This document shows, piece after piece, positions 38,501 to 50,134 of a stretch of DNA of 64,000 nt. The notes under the pieces were generated by a model, which was given only the letters and a program-made list of their open reading frames with translations, did not search any database and was not told the origin of the DNA. The translations under genes were made by a program, and so were the position numbers. Origin of the DNA: Zancudomyces culisetae HAW-14-8. Its lineage: Eukaryota; Fungi; Kickxellomycota. Within the stretch, counting starts at the first letter, position 1; each line of letters opens with the position of its first letter. Where the stretch lies: positions 496,001-560,000 of the forward strand of contig JBNJNM010000008.1 in assembly GCA_052426225.1 (NCBI GenBank), written 5' to 3'.

Positions 38501-39361
38501 ATTCTGTATGCTGATGTCAAAGAACCCACTTCTGTCGACAACAATGCCAACAGCCTCAAGTATGATCTCAAGGATGATACCTTTTCTTACAGTGCTACTG
38601 CTGTTATCAACTATATTATTGACAAGACTCCCGAAGCTTGGCAGCTGCCGAGGTCTCTGGTAATGTTTCTACAAACCTACATGAAACAACTGCTACCTAC
38701 CATCCGCCTAAATTCAGATGCTGCTGGCAGCGCTGGTGCTCCTTACTCCACAACTATTGAGTTTGACACCAAGGATTTGTACAAAAAATGTGAAGCTGTT
38801 GGTTTATTAGCTGTGCCTTCACCATCTAATTTAGATTACGCCTCTAACACCTCTAATATATCTTCCAATACTTCCTCAAACCTTGATCCCGACCAGCTTT
38901 TATCCCAAATTCAACTCCAGTCCTCTTCGTTTACAACTTCGGATTTATCCATTAATCCCATTTTTTCTGGTCTTGAATCTCAATCAACTTCTCTTACAAA
39001 CCCATCGATTACTACAAACAATACCGCTTATATCAACAATACTACCACTACCAACACCACATCAATTTCTAATACTAGTAATTCTAATATTAATATCAAT
39101 AATATCCCCAACACAACTGCAATTAATAACACTCCACCAACTGTAGCTAACCCAATCCTTTCTTCAAACATTACGACATTGAATAATAATAATAATAACA
39201 ATAGCAATAGCAATAATAATAGTAGTATTGGTAATAATACAAATCCTAATACCAATCCTAATGCTAATCCCAACGCTAATGCTAATGCTAATGCTAACGC
39301 CAATGCTAATACTAGTACTAGTACTAGTACCAATGCAAATACCAATGCTGGTAATTTTTAA
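35513..39361 (+). CDS. LRG1: LIM-domain Rho GTPase-activating protein (Lrg1/Rga1-type), 1282 aa, intronless
   Basis: LIM domains (CPRC..YHHGCFTC, CARC..HFTCSVC, CSGC..WHPEC, CAGC..WHLDCFTC); FEESTAACISDML; RhoGAP EGIFRKNGNIRRL, GSKMDSKNLAVVITPNIL. Confidence 0.93.
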   Translation: MEDRGINNSTSSIGILGGGQEGNGGKEATLICPRCRKKIEDKTEGRLVQALGGTYHHGCFTCFKCGVNVADSFCPLEIGAVDSNGKRIEMEALGELEEGKFGPRVYCERHYYEKMDLICARCNEPVEGLYVTGLGKKYHTQHFTCSVCPVEFGPEGTYYEHEGEAYCLQHYTNLVASRCSGCQQQIMKLYLQIQSGERGRGEEKWHPECYMIYKFWNVTISGGGKEAGEERGTKISEQQIYQIWTVLSSFEESTAACISDMLLQVSNGQYVEGQRQAERFIMHLDVLFSAIDDLEDELAQFDDSTGLQHTREPKLLCKKIVSFFSVLSNTQNAASAGLTQELLTLVTSLAHYLKVLMRVALKGALKAETEYGWSVSIARLLGKLTETSEVGKWNEFRRSYLQTEVASDQCAGCGQTVEIECIEHGRQRRRWHLDCFTCAQCGAEMQQIYPKAVLVQGRALCGDCGGGNGGEFRFVSQLEQYSFLMRVALKRLYGLMKYKSTVDAVRGEVVVVESAGGTNGRRVVYTSPRPAANTNIGAPGITPNVAVAMQRKDTFRETLAAATVRRVGAAAFAAGQTRMRPTKEDAEYAFDVALQTIEEQPATPRQSTASPASATAPSSTAGSGKAPQPWGKEARLVDPARLQRKSKPHPVHVDAKSNLGNPRKLSARTSPMKSEQQQQQQQQQQQQQQQPVQKLKRQALSGRKPLQQQAAQQQTAQQTAQQAAQQAAQQQQQQQQQTEKRQVLYISDLTSEELICARYAAAVRLYALLDGTSGLELTDLLEIAGITKKQGSSMWSKLRTNLKQAAVGKKTGEKDVKAPKVGTFGVPVEVLVERQGVETVLGSRGIRPLLIPRFFEAMITTLQGMDLAIEGIFRKNGNIRRLREVSKMADKDYAGVNLSSENPVQVAALMKKFCREIPDPLVPFRSRRLFLAILAIPEHLWLEAFQCAILLLPSPNRDMLNVLLTFLRWVSQFSYINETSGSKMDSKNLAVVITPNILYADVKEPTSVDNNANSLKYDLKDDTFSYSATAVINYIIDKTPEAWQLPRSLVMFLQTYMKQLLPTIRLNSDAAGSAGAPYSTTIEFDTKDLYKKCEAVGLLAVPSPSNLDYASNTSNISSNTSSNLDPDQLLSQIQLQSSSFTTSDLSINPIFSGLESQSTSLTNPSITTNNTAYINNTTTTNTTSISNTSNSNININNIPNTTAINNTPPTVANPILSSNITTLNNNNNNNSNSNNNSSIGNNTNPNTNPNANPNANANANANANANTSTSTSTNANTNAGNF
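37538..37722 (+). repeat. Coding CAA/CAG poly-Gln and QQTA/QQAA repeats in the RhoGAP
   Basis: Read directly from the sequence. Confidence 0.9.
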
Positions 39362-40894
39362 CTCTTTATTATTTAGATTATCGATATTGATATGATTACT
39401 AAAAAACCTTGTTTACTATAGTTCTTTTATTACCTTTTTGTTTTATTTTACTTTATTTTATTTTATTTCATCTTGCTTTATTTTTTTAGTTTATTATGTA
39501 AATAGCTTGAGGCTATTTAAATCCATAAAATATATTTTCCAATATATATTAATTATAATACAAAAATGAAAAGAAAAAGTGTAGAAAATTGGTTATCATC
39601 ATTGATGGCAGATTTTCCATGTTACTAGACACACGCTTTTTCTATTCTTTTGTTTGCAGAATAGAACCATATTAAATAAATATGGCAAGTTTGCATTTTT
39701 TTATTATAAAAAGTTGTTGAAAAGAGGCATCAAGTTATATCACTAAATACATGAGAACAAGAAAGTTGTTCATATATGTAGATTGTTTTGGTGTAATGGA
39801 AAGGGGAGTAAAGTATAATGATAGTTGTTGGACAAGATAACTATTACCATAACCACACTTGGAATATATCAAAAAAAAAAACAGAGTAGACACAATGCAG
39901 TATCAGAGCACTTATAAGACTCGAAACCAGCATTCATCATCACTATCATTATAATCGTTTATCCACAACGAAAAACCTGTTTACATTCAAAAGCATGAAT
40001 AAGGCGCCTTCACCCACCCACCCCACCCATCCCCCCCTTTCTGGTGTACTTTGCTTAACACACATATAGTACCCAAATACTTTTTCCGAATATAAAGTGA
40101 AAAAAATAAAATTACTAATAAAAAAATTTTTTTTTTCATTTTTTTCTAATTCAAGAATCAAATCATTGGAAATAATCAATGGATTCCGCTTTTTTTTTAT
40201 TATATTTTTATTTATTTTTTTAGGCTGAATTACCAGATTGGTAGTGTTTAGATAAAATTAAAGGCTTGAACCAAACTTGGTCCAATTATCCATATTTATC
40301 TTACTTTTTTTTTTCTCTCTTTCTTTCTTTTCCTTATCGTTAACGTTTTCAATTTCATCATCGTGTCAACAAGAGGAAATAAATGAAAAAGCTCGGTGTT
40401 TTTTTTTTCGAACACTATGATTCAGTAGAAAAAAAAAATAATTAGAAAATATTCCCATTTTTTTTTATTTTTTTATTTTTTTGGTTTTTGGCTTTGGTTT
40501 TGGCTTTTGGCTTTGGTAATGGCTTTAATCACAGTTGTGTAAATATATATATTTTTATTACATTATAATGCAAAAAGAAAAAAAAGTGTGATTAAAAAAA
40601 AAAATTAAAAGTTACAAATAAAATTGAATCAATAAACACACTTGAAAAAAAAAAAATTATAACAAAGGGCAAATCATTGGAATCAAAACTAAAAGAACCA
40701 CAACACCATAAATGTAATAAACTCAAAAACTAGTTTCACAATATAAATATTCTTATAATCGATTTTTTCTTTTCTCTCTTTTTTTTTTTCTTGGTATAGT
40801 TATATAGTATCCTATTATACACAATTTTCTTTTACTTTTTAACAAAAAAAGTAAAGAACAAAACAAAATAAAAAAAGATCCAACAGTGGGAAAA

Positions 40895-42331
40895 ATGTCG
40901 GCCTTTGCATACGAATCTTATCTGAACGCTTCCTTGTCCGAGCAGGACCCAGAAGTCTATGACTTGGTCCAAAAGGAAAAGCACAGACAACAGTCAAGTT
41001 TGGAACTTATTGCATCTGAGAACTTTACTTCAAAAGCCGTAATGGAAGCAAATGGTAGTCCACTCACCAACAAGTATTCCGAAGGTCTTCCAGGTGCCAG
41101 ATTCTATGGTGGCAATGAGTACATTGATGTACTGGAAAATCTGTGCAGAAAGCGCGCACTTGAGGCCTTCAGCCTGGATCCTGCCGTCTGGGGTGTAAAC
41201 GTACAACCATACTCTGGATCCACTGCCAACTTCGCAGCTCTCACTGGTTTGCTCGCTCCACAAGACCGCGTAATGGGTTTGGATCTGCCCTCTGGTGGTC
41301 ACTTGACACACGGTTACCAAACCGACAAGAAGAAGATTTCAAGCTCATCAATATACTTCCAGTCAATGCCATATCGTGTTGACCAAGTGACTGGTTTGGT
41401 TGACTACGACGCACTGGAGGCAAACACACACTTGTTCAGACCCCGTTTGATTATCTGCGGTGCATCTGCATACCCACGTGATTGGGACTACGCCAGACTA
41501 CGCAAGATTGCCGATGGCCACACTTCATTCTTGATGGCCGATATGGCACATATCAGTGGATTGGTCGCAGCCAAAGTACAAAATGATCCATTTGAATACT
41601 GTGATGTTGTCACCACCACTACCCACAAGACACTGCGTGGTCCACGCGCTGGGTTGATTTTCTTCCGCAAGGCCATTACTTTCAGCGATGGTGAATCACT
41701 CGAGTCCAAGATCAATGCTGCCGTATTCCCAGCATGCCAAGGTGGACCCCACAACAACACTATTGCTGGTATTGCTGTGGCTCTCCGACAGGCTGCATCG
41801 CCTGAATTCAAGGTATACGCCCAGCAAGTCATCAAGAACTGCAAACATCTCTGTGATGTTCTCTCCAGCGCACCATATAACTACAAACTCGCCACTGGCG
41901 GTTCCGACAACCACTTGTTGCTGTGGGATCTCAAGCCACTCAAGCTCACCGGCTCCAAGGTCGAAAAAATCTGCGACTTGGCCAACATTACCCTCAACAA
42001 GAACTCAATTGTTGGTGATAAAAACGCCGTCAGTCCTGGTGGTGTCCGTATCGGCACAGCTGCACTTACCAGCAGAGGCTTTGTTGAACAAGATTTTACC
42101 AAGGTGGCAGAGTTCCTCCATGCTGCTGTTCAACTCTCCCTGGACATACAGAGCCACTGTATTCAACAGAAACAACAACAGCAGGCTGAAGGTGGCAAGA
42201 GTGGCTCCACTGTTGTTTTGCTCAAGGAGTTTGTATCCGCTGCTACTGCCCCTGAATTCGAACAACGTATCCAAGGGCTTAAGGACCAAGTATCTGAATT
42301 CGCCAACTCCTTCAAAATGCCTGGCTACTAA
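40895..42331 (+). CDS. SHM2: Serine hydroxymethyltransferase, probably cytosolic
   Basis: [27 protein letters not shown]-lysine motif [18 protein letters not shown]; no presequence; ATG at 40895 (the track start is a GTG). Confidence 0.96.
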   Translation: MSAFAYESYLNASLSEQDPEVYDLVQKEKHRQQSSLELIASENFTSKAVMEANGSPLTNKYSEGLPGARFYGGNEYIDVLENLCRKRALEAFSLDPAVWGVNVQPYSGSTANFAALTGLLAPQDRVMGLDLPSGGHLTHGYQTDKKKISSSSIYFQSMPYRVDQVTGLVDYDALEANTHLFRPRLIICGASAYPRDWDYARLRKIADGHTSFLMADMAHISGLVAAKVQNDPFEYCDVVTTTTHKTLRGPRAGLIFFRKAITFSDGESLESKINAAVFPACQGGPHNNTIAGIAVALRQAASPEFKVYAQQVIKNCKHLCDVLSSAPYNYKLATGGSDNHLLLWDLKPLKLTGSKVEKICDLANITLNKNSIVGDKNAVSPGGVRIGTAALTSRGFVEQDFTKVAEFLHAAVQLSLDIQSHCIQQKQQQQAEGGKSGSTVVLLKEFVSAATAPEFEQRIQGLKDQVSEFANSFKMPGY

Positions 42332-42713
42332 GTCATCTTGTTTTGTTTTTTTTTGTTCTTTTAAATTGTTGTTTTTCTATCTGTTTATACTATTCAATTA
42401 AGTTGAATTGGATTATCACTAGCATGTCGGCTTTTGGTTTACTATAAACTAGTCGTTTTCCAAACTTTTGGAATATATTAAATCTAGCTGAATATAATTG
42501 TCTCTTTTTTTTTCTTTTAATTTTTTTTTGTATTTTCGAACCAAAGAAATCTTTGCAAATAAATTCCCAATACTTGTTAATATCGAGATTTTGTATCCAA
42601 ATAATTTCCCTCCCCACTCTTTGCTTTCCCTCCCAGTTTCCTTGTCCTTATTCATACACATTAATACAAACAATTGTTATATTAGCAGCCACAACACAAA
42701 TGACCTCAAAACA

Positions 42714-45616
42714 ATGAGTGCAGGCACGAAAAGTCGCTTTGTAAGAACGATATCTACTGATCCCAAGCACAAAATACTACGAATCCTTTCCAACATTATC
42801 CCCAATCTAAGACCAAACCCACACGCAGCAGTAGTCTCAAACTCTACAAACAATGTTTCCCTTATACTATCATCGCTTCCGCACTCCCAAAACACCAACA
42901 GTTATGCAAATATTGATTTCGACTCGATTTTTGCTGAATTCATATCTCTAAATTCACCCTTTCTAAAGGTTAGTCCCAGTAATTTATTTTACCGATTTAC
43001 CACACCACCACCTTTTTTTATATATTCACTACGTGTTAACCAAGGAACACCTCTTTATGTACAAATCTTCTTTACCTACTTGTAAAAACAAAACAAAACA
43101 CAAAACACAAACTATTTGTTAAAGTAGCAATTACGTCTGCATTGCCATCCAACCTCCAAATCCAGCTTCAACTTTCGGCCCGAGTATTATCAGGAGAATC
43201 TCAAGTTTGTGTACGATATAGTGCATACCCAACTCAAAAAAAGAGGGCAATCGAATACTGTACGTTCTGTCACATTTTTATGGCAATATCACAGATATTG
43301 CTACTTTTGAATCATTTCTTCATTCTTTATTCTTTGTAATAATCTTGTTTGGTATAGGTCAAAATTATCGTTTTATTGCTTCTTGCATTCTTGGTACCAA
43401 GGTCTCCAGCATTCCGAATGTTAGTGTTTGGCCATTTGTATACACTGACCAAGGATTCAAAAATATTCAAACAACCCACGCTCTCTCCCAACAGGCATAG
43501 TATCAAAGAAAAAGGCGAAATCAGTGATCGTTTAGTGGCCAATTACTTTTCGAACAATGTCTTGGAATGTTGGAAATCCAAGTATGGATTTCAGAACCCA
43601 AACGTAATACATAAATATATATTACATTAGCATACGGAATACCTGGTCTATTTAGAGCTGTTATTGTAGTTCATAGCTAATATAACGATGCTTTTAAATA
43701 GCTTGAGATTTGTATCAGTATCATAAATGCAAAATTTGTACGCCCGTATAACCTGACAACTCCACGATACCCGGATTCCAGTGAACCGGACACCACAAAA
43801 CGAAATCGAACGAAGAGAGATGGAGCTACTGTAGGTAGTTCTAAAAGGAAATATACAAAGGATATCACCACTTCTGACAAAATAAATGAAATAATGGATA
43901 ATTTGAAAGCAAGTAGAATGTACTTGCTGGAGACCCAGGTATACGGTGAAATGGAGTTTATCGATCATTTATTAAACGAAATGGTAACCGCTAGCTTCAT
44001 TCATTAATTTATATATATATATATCAAAGTTGTTGAAATAATATGGTGATTCCAACTGTGCATTTATCACTTTTAGGAAACATGCATCGAATTAATCATT
44101 CCCTCCAGAATGACCAACCTATTTTCCACAGAGGCCCGTGAAGATCACGGTAAAAATGGTAATACACACGTCCTCGATTCACAGTTACAGACTGGCGAGG
44201 AATCTACTGATGATGTTTCTTCTGGGTGTGGTACCTACGGCAACGAGCTGGTAAGTATCTATTGGTCATCTTGGCATTTGTATACACAAAATAGGATTAA
44301 CTACGATCCATATGACCTTTGGCTGTATTTTTAGGATGATGTTTTGGCGATAATGAACCCAAACATTTCGAATGAAATAGAAATTGAATTTAATCCGCAA
44401 CATTTTGTTTCAGAGATAAAATCGCAATTTATAAATCAAGTTCATGCAGAAACTCAGAGCCAAAGCCAGGGCCAGGCTCTAGTTCGAGACCAAGACCAAG
44501 ACCAAAATCAAGATTCGTTTGCACATGGTGGGTTTGAGCTTATCTATAACAAACTGCGTGAGGACTACAAAGAGCTTGAGAATAGATACTTGAAGTCTGT
44601 GAATAGTAATATCGGTGTGTATCGGAAATGTTCTAAGCGTACCAATAAAACGATTCACTCTAATAACCTCGACTATATTGAGGCTAAAGGTTCTCATGAA
44701 GGTGCTGGAGATTTCGGTAATTCAAGGTTGTGGGATACGTTGATCAAGACCAAAAGTAGGATAGATGACATTATGATTAAATGCCAGGATTTGGGAATAG
44801 GTGATATAATTGATGAATATTCGGTCGAAAATACTTTTGGTATCGCTGTTGGTGAGGATAATGATGATGACGATGAGTTTGAAGATGTTCCAATGGAAAT
44901 TCCAAAAGACATTATAGGTAAAAAAAGGCATTTCCATGTAACCCACTATCTTTTTTTTCTTTCATTTTTTCATTTTTTTTGATTTGGTTGTTAATTTGAG
45001 TATTAATCTAATTGTGTTTTCTGAAAATACTACTCTAGATGCAAATGATGACTTGCCAATTGACCAGTCACCATTTACTGGGCAAATTGACCCTAAGCAT
45101 ACAGTCAATACTCACAACGTGAATTTCCTTGGATACCCTGGTTCTAACATTTCCACAAATCGAAAAGCAGAACCAGGTAGCTATAACCTGGACGACTTGG
45201 TTACTAATTCTATAAATCCATACACTTCGAATCCCTTATATAGTAATTATGATAGCATCGACAAAACCCGATCCCAAAAGGCACACCCATCTTCATCCTC
45301 GTACTTCCTTAACTTTTCTTATCAAAACGCTGATAATAACATTGATAAAGATACACAACAGTTAGGAAAGAGCACTCATAAAGACAAATACATAGCGCCG
45401 TCCATTTCAACTCGACCTCATCCACCCGAGCCTGCTCACATAGATGAACACAATGATATACATGGATATGAACCGAAATCCAAAAATCCAAGATCCAGCT
45501 CTACCTCCGAGAAATCCGAGCCAACAGCGAAAAAGCAACCCAAAAAACCACCCAAAAAAAACAGTTACCAGGTGCTAAACAAGTTGATGAAAACTGGTAA
45601 CAAAAGAAGACGGTGA
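42714..45616 (+). CDS. UVSSA: UVSSA-like transcription-coupled repair scaffold; exons 42714-42968, 43128-43259, 43358-43603, 43702-43983, 44077-44250, 44335-44917, 45039-45616
   Basis: Spliced VHS-like region YDIVHTQLKKRGQSNTVKIIVLLLLAFLVPRSPAFRMLV...WKSKYG, then EMETCIELIIP, IYNKLREDYKELENRYL and DDDDEFEDVP, in the same order as recalled UVSSA motifs; all introns in phase. Confidence 0.75.
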
Positions 45617-45780
45617 CCAAGAACCCCCTTTTCTCTTACCTTTTTATACTTTTTTCCCCCCTCTTTTCCCTCTATAATGGTTTGGTGTGGAGGTATTTTT
45701 GCATTTACTAGTATATAACAATTAGTGTAATTTTATTTTACTCGTCCAAAAATCAGCGCATTGTAATTGTAACATTATAG

Positions 45781-45809
45781 TACAGAACAGAACAGAACAG
45801 AACAGAACA
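45781..45809. repeat. (ACAGA)5 microsatellite between the convergent UVSSA-like and WSS1 genes
   Basis: Read directly from the sequence. Confidence 0.9.
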
Positions 45810-45870
45810 CCCAACCAATTAATTATTCAACAATTCACTAGCGTGGGGTATTACATACACATTTTAGCAG

Positions 45871-47149
45871 TTATGTTATCTCTATTGGGTCGAAATACGT
45901 TGATCCCTTTTGTTTTCTTGTAAAATCCACAGTACTAGACGCAGAACGACTGCCACTACCACCAGTATTCTCATTTTCATCATCAATGACAACAATTGCA
46001 TTTTTTGTTGACATCTTTATACCTTCGTCGCTTTTGACTGCAGTACTTTCTCGGGAATAACCACCAGTGCGCTTAGGAACATCGATTCCACCGATACTAA
46101 TATCACCTCGTCTGTTTGATAAAAGCGATTTGGCTTTTAAATATCGTTGTTGTGCTGCCAATGCCACAAGATCCATTTTACGACCCCTCTTTCTTTGCGT
46201 ATCTTCTTTAGTCTCATGTTTTGTATTGGTGTTATTATTTACACCCGAGTTTGACGGTCCCTTATATTCTGGACTATCCATCAATCTACGGCCACGCTTC
46301 GAAAATGTTGGTATTGAGCTGTTTCTACCACTGCCTGCAGGTTGGCTGGCACTGTTATTTTTGGCACTGTTGAAGGTTTTAATCAACAATTTTGTACCTG
46401 GTTTAAAATTTATACTCCCACCTGTGATTCTATTCCAACTGCCATTACCACCATTACCACTACTACCACTACTACCACTACCAGTATCAAGACTACCATG
46501 TCCAACACTTCTACTAATACTAGCAGCGTTACTCAATAACAGTTTTGCTGCTTCCTTTTTTAAAATTTTTAGGTACCCGTAAAAGAGTTCATCATGTGCT
46601 GAATAATTAATGTGGCATAGTTCGTGCAAAAGGGTACCCAATAAATCTTCAAATACCATAAACTGGCTGATGTTATCAGGATTCCGCAGCCGTATTTTTA
46701 TACATCTAGTCTTGTTCACATTTAAACCTATATTTACGAGTGAATTATAGTTTTAAAGATGTATTCACAATGGTGGCATACATTTTTACAGCAACCACCC
46801 TTCAGAGTTTGATGGCAGGTACATGTTTCATGAGAATATCGAAAATTCAAACGATAAAGTACCTAATAAATTTCTCCGCTTAGGATAAAATTCTACCAGA
46901 TTATCGACTCGCCAGTTTCGCTTAATCATTATAGGCTTTACCTATTGTTTATTTTATATATATTTCAAATAGTCTTAAATATAGATTCATAAACTCTACT
47001 GTATAAATTTGAATTGAGAATAAAGAGTCAAGATGGTTAAATTAGTAAATCCAACTTACCAATACCGCCATTCTGCAGAGGAGCTCTTTGGCTTGAATCG
47101 ATTGAGCTAGTTTTTTCATAGCAATGATATTGTTGAAATTAGAGTCCAT
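45871..47149 (-). CDS. WSS1: WLM-domain DNA-protein-crosslink protease Wss1; exons 47149-47060, 46941-46863, 46727-45871
   Basis: VKPIMIKRNWRVDNLVEFYP, LLGLNVN, IKIRLR, zincin TLLHELCHINYSAH; degenerate SHP (FSKRGRRL), VIM-like (RKMDLVALAAQQR) and SIM-like (IVVIDDE, PIEIT) motifs. Confidence 0.93.
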
Positions 47150-48331
47150 TTTCCAAGCATTTTGATATGGCCGAGAACTGTTGCACTGCTTATATTTGCT
47201 GCAAAGAACTAGCAAGTGATCAATTCTTTTATTACTTTTTGCCTTTATTCCTCCTTCTTTATGTACACTCACTCTATCAGTAGCTGTTTCGAATCAAATA
47301 TACTATCAAATTTCTGAAAATAAATCAAGAAAACAAGCAATAGATTGACCAAACAAAAATACAGCAACAGAATCTTCAAATAAAATGAAAAGAACGTGAT
47401 TTGTGCAATATATAATATACTATCATTTGCAAACTACAAAAAAAATAATTGTGTAAATATGGATTTTCTTGTATATTCATGCCAATTCGACACACCTTGG
47501 CTTGGATATGTGCTGATTTGGCAAAAGCTATTTGCTAATTAATTACGTTGCAATCATAACATGAAGCAAGCCATCAACCTAATTAATCAACTCAGGCGAC
47601 TAACCACCATTTGTCAATTTTAGATCCTACAATACAAGAAAAAGAGATTGGGCAAGTGTAGTGTGATTCCACACCCTTTCTTTTTTTCGTTAGGTAATAC
47701 TTTGGAAGTTAGTATTGCAGAGAAGAGTAGTTTATAGACCATGGTACTTTTGTCGGATATATTGCCTCATTGATTACAAGAGCAAATTTGTAAAATTTCT
47801 TATAAATCGAGTTTTTTATTTTTTGTTTTATTTTGGGAAATGCAGGAAATTCTAGTAAAATATATCAATTGTTTTTATTTTCAATCAGTTTATATTCCTA
47901 GTTGTTTTATTTGCCCATTCACAATTGGGGGTTTTTTTTTCTTTTTACTCTTTTTATTCTTTTTTACCTTTTTTTTTAGTCAATATTCACATGTGGAATA
48001 ACCTTTAATTTAGCGCCAACATGCAACTTGCATACTCAATTTATTAGCCCACAATATAAACGGAACTCTGGAAATTTTTGACATTTTTTTAAATTTTTTT
48101 TAGCTAATTTTAGTATTGTTTATTTTTACAGCTCATTAACCTATGCAAATTTATTTTATTTTATTTTATTTCTTTTTATTTCTTTTTAGAGAATATTGTT
48201 AATATAGCTGCACAATAAGCCTGTCTACTTTTCCTTGTTTTATTTGCCCTTTAAAAAATATAATACTTATATTCACTATACCGTTGGTAATATATTTAAA
48301 GGAAAAACAATAATACAAAAAGACAAAAAAA

Positions 48332-50085
48332 ATGGTCCTCAACAAGCCCCTGCTGTCAAGCTTACTGCTTTATACTACAGTCGGGTTGATTCTGGTGTAT
48401 AAATTCAATCTTGTGGTTCCAGACCCTTACATGGTAATTATTTCCCTTTTATAATCAATATAAACTTTTGCACTTAATGTATCGCTAGTTATCTACGAGA
48501 GTATGTGGACATGTACAACCAATCTAACGGTTGGATATTCGGATACATAAATAGGATGAAATTTTCCATGTTAATCAAACCAAGAAATATTGTCAATCGC
48601 AGTATTCAAGTTGGGATTCCAAAATTACTACGCCACCAGGACTGTAAAACTTAATTTATCATTGTTAACCCTAATGATATTATTTTCATTACCATTCTAA
48701 TCTGTTGATAAGATATTTTATAAACTAACAAAAACAACAATATTTTGGATATAAATAGTTATCTGGTACTTTCGACAATAGCTAAAGGACTGAATTTTGC
48801 TTTAAAAAGTACTAAAATCGATTTTTGTTCGACAGGTGCACTTCGATACATGACATTTCTAACAAGCTGCATAACTTTTATCGTTGTGTATCGAATTTTG
48901 GGTATATTGTATGACAAAAAGACAGTCGGAAATAACGGTAAAGGGAAAAATAGTGCTATCAGCAGCAGTAGTAGTGGTGAAAGTAGCGATGGTGCTGGCA
49001 TCAACAATGCTAGCGGTGAAGGAAATGAGGATTCTGAGAGCAGAATGGAGTTATGGAAAAGCCTAAGCACGCTTTCGATAATGACATTCCCAATTCTATA
49101 TTTTTTCGGGTTTTTGGTGTACACGGATCAACTTTCGGTCTTATTGGTGCTTTTGGGATACTTGGCGAGCTTGGAAGGCAAGTATTGGTGGTCCGCAGGA
49201 TGGTTGGTGATCAGCTTGACTGTACGGCAGAACAATATAATATGGGCTGCGGTGATAGTAGGATGGGCGGTGCTTAGCGAGGCGCAGGGGGTGGAGGGCA
49301 AAGAGGGGCGCGCAGCATATGAAATCCGAACTATTCGAGACTTTGTAGATGAAGTGAAGCACACGATGCACACAGTTATAAGCAATGTAGGCTATTTGGT
49401 TGTACGGATATCGGGATATGTAGTCGTTGTAGCAGTGTTTGTAGGATTCCTGGCGGCCAACAACTTTGATTTGGTGTATGGAGACAAAAGCAACCACCAG
49501 TTGGCATTACATTTTCCTAACGTGTACTACTTCATAATGGCAGTTACAGGACTGTGTTTCCCAACTTTTGCACGGATAGTCGACCCAATATACTTTTTCC
49601 GGAAAAACTTTTTACGCAGCTGGAGGTTGTGTCTATATGTGTGTATCAACGGACTGATGCTGTTGACCGTCAAATATTGTACATACGAACATCCATTTAT
49701 CCTGAGCGATAACCGCCATTTCTCCTTTTATATTTGGAAAGACATTTATCGGCGGAACGTGTATAACCGATACCTGTTGGTCCCTGTGTATTTCTACTGC
49801 GGCTGGCTATGTTGGAAGACCTTGGCCAAGAATCGGCCGTTGCTACCTAGCTTGTTGTACATTGTTGGAATGAGCCTGTCTTTGGTTCCCTCACCGCTTT
49901 TTGAGTTCAGATACTTTGTTTTGCCCTACATGTTTCTGCGACTTCACATTGTCAGGCCAAGCAAGAGCCGTGTTGTGACTGAGATGTTGTGGAGTTTGGT
50001 AATTAACGCTGTGGTGTTTTACATGTTTTTACAAAAGCCGTTTTACTGGCCTTCTTCAAAGGAGAAAATGCGATTTATGTGGTAG
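48332..50085 (+). CDS. ALG10: Dol-P-Glc alpha-1,2-glucosyltransferase Alg10/Die2; exons 48332-48433, 48555-48643, 48759-50085
   Basis: [61 protein letters not shown]-terminal RFMW. Confidence 0.97.
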
Positions 50086-50134
50086 TATACCAGCTACTGT
50101 TATTTTTTATGTTATTTATTTAACTTTATATAAT

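Noticed and set aside
41688-42401. 237-aa alternative-frame ORF overlapping SHMT
   Set aside because: Explained by SHMT's C-ending codon bias removing stops in the shifted frame; low-complexity S/P/T/L translation
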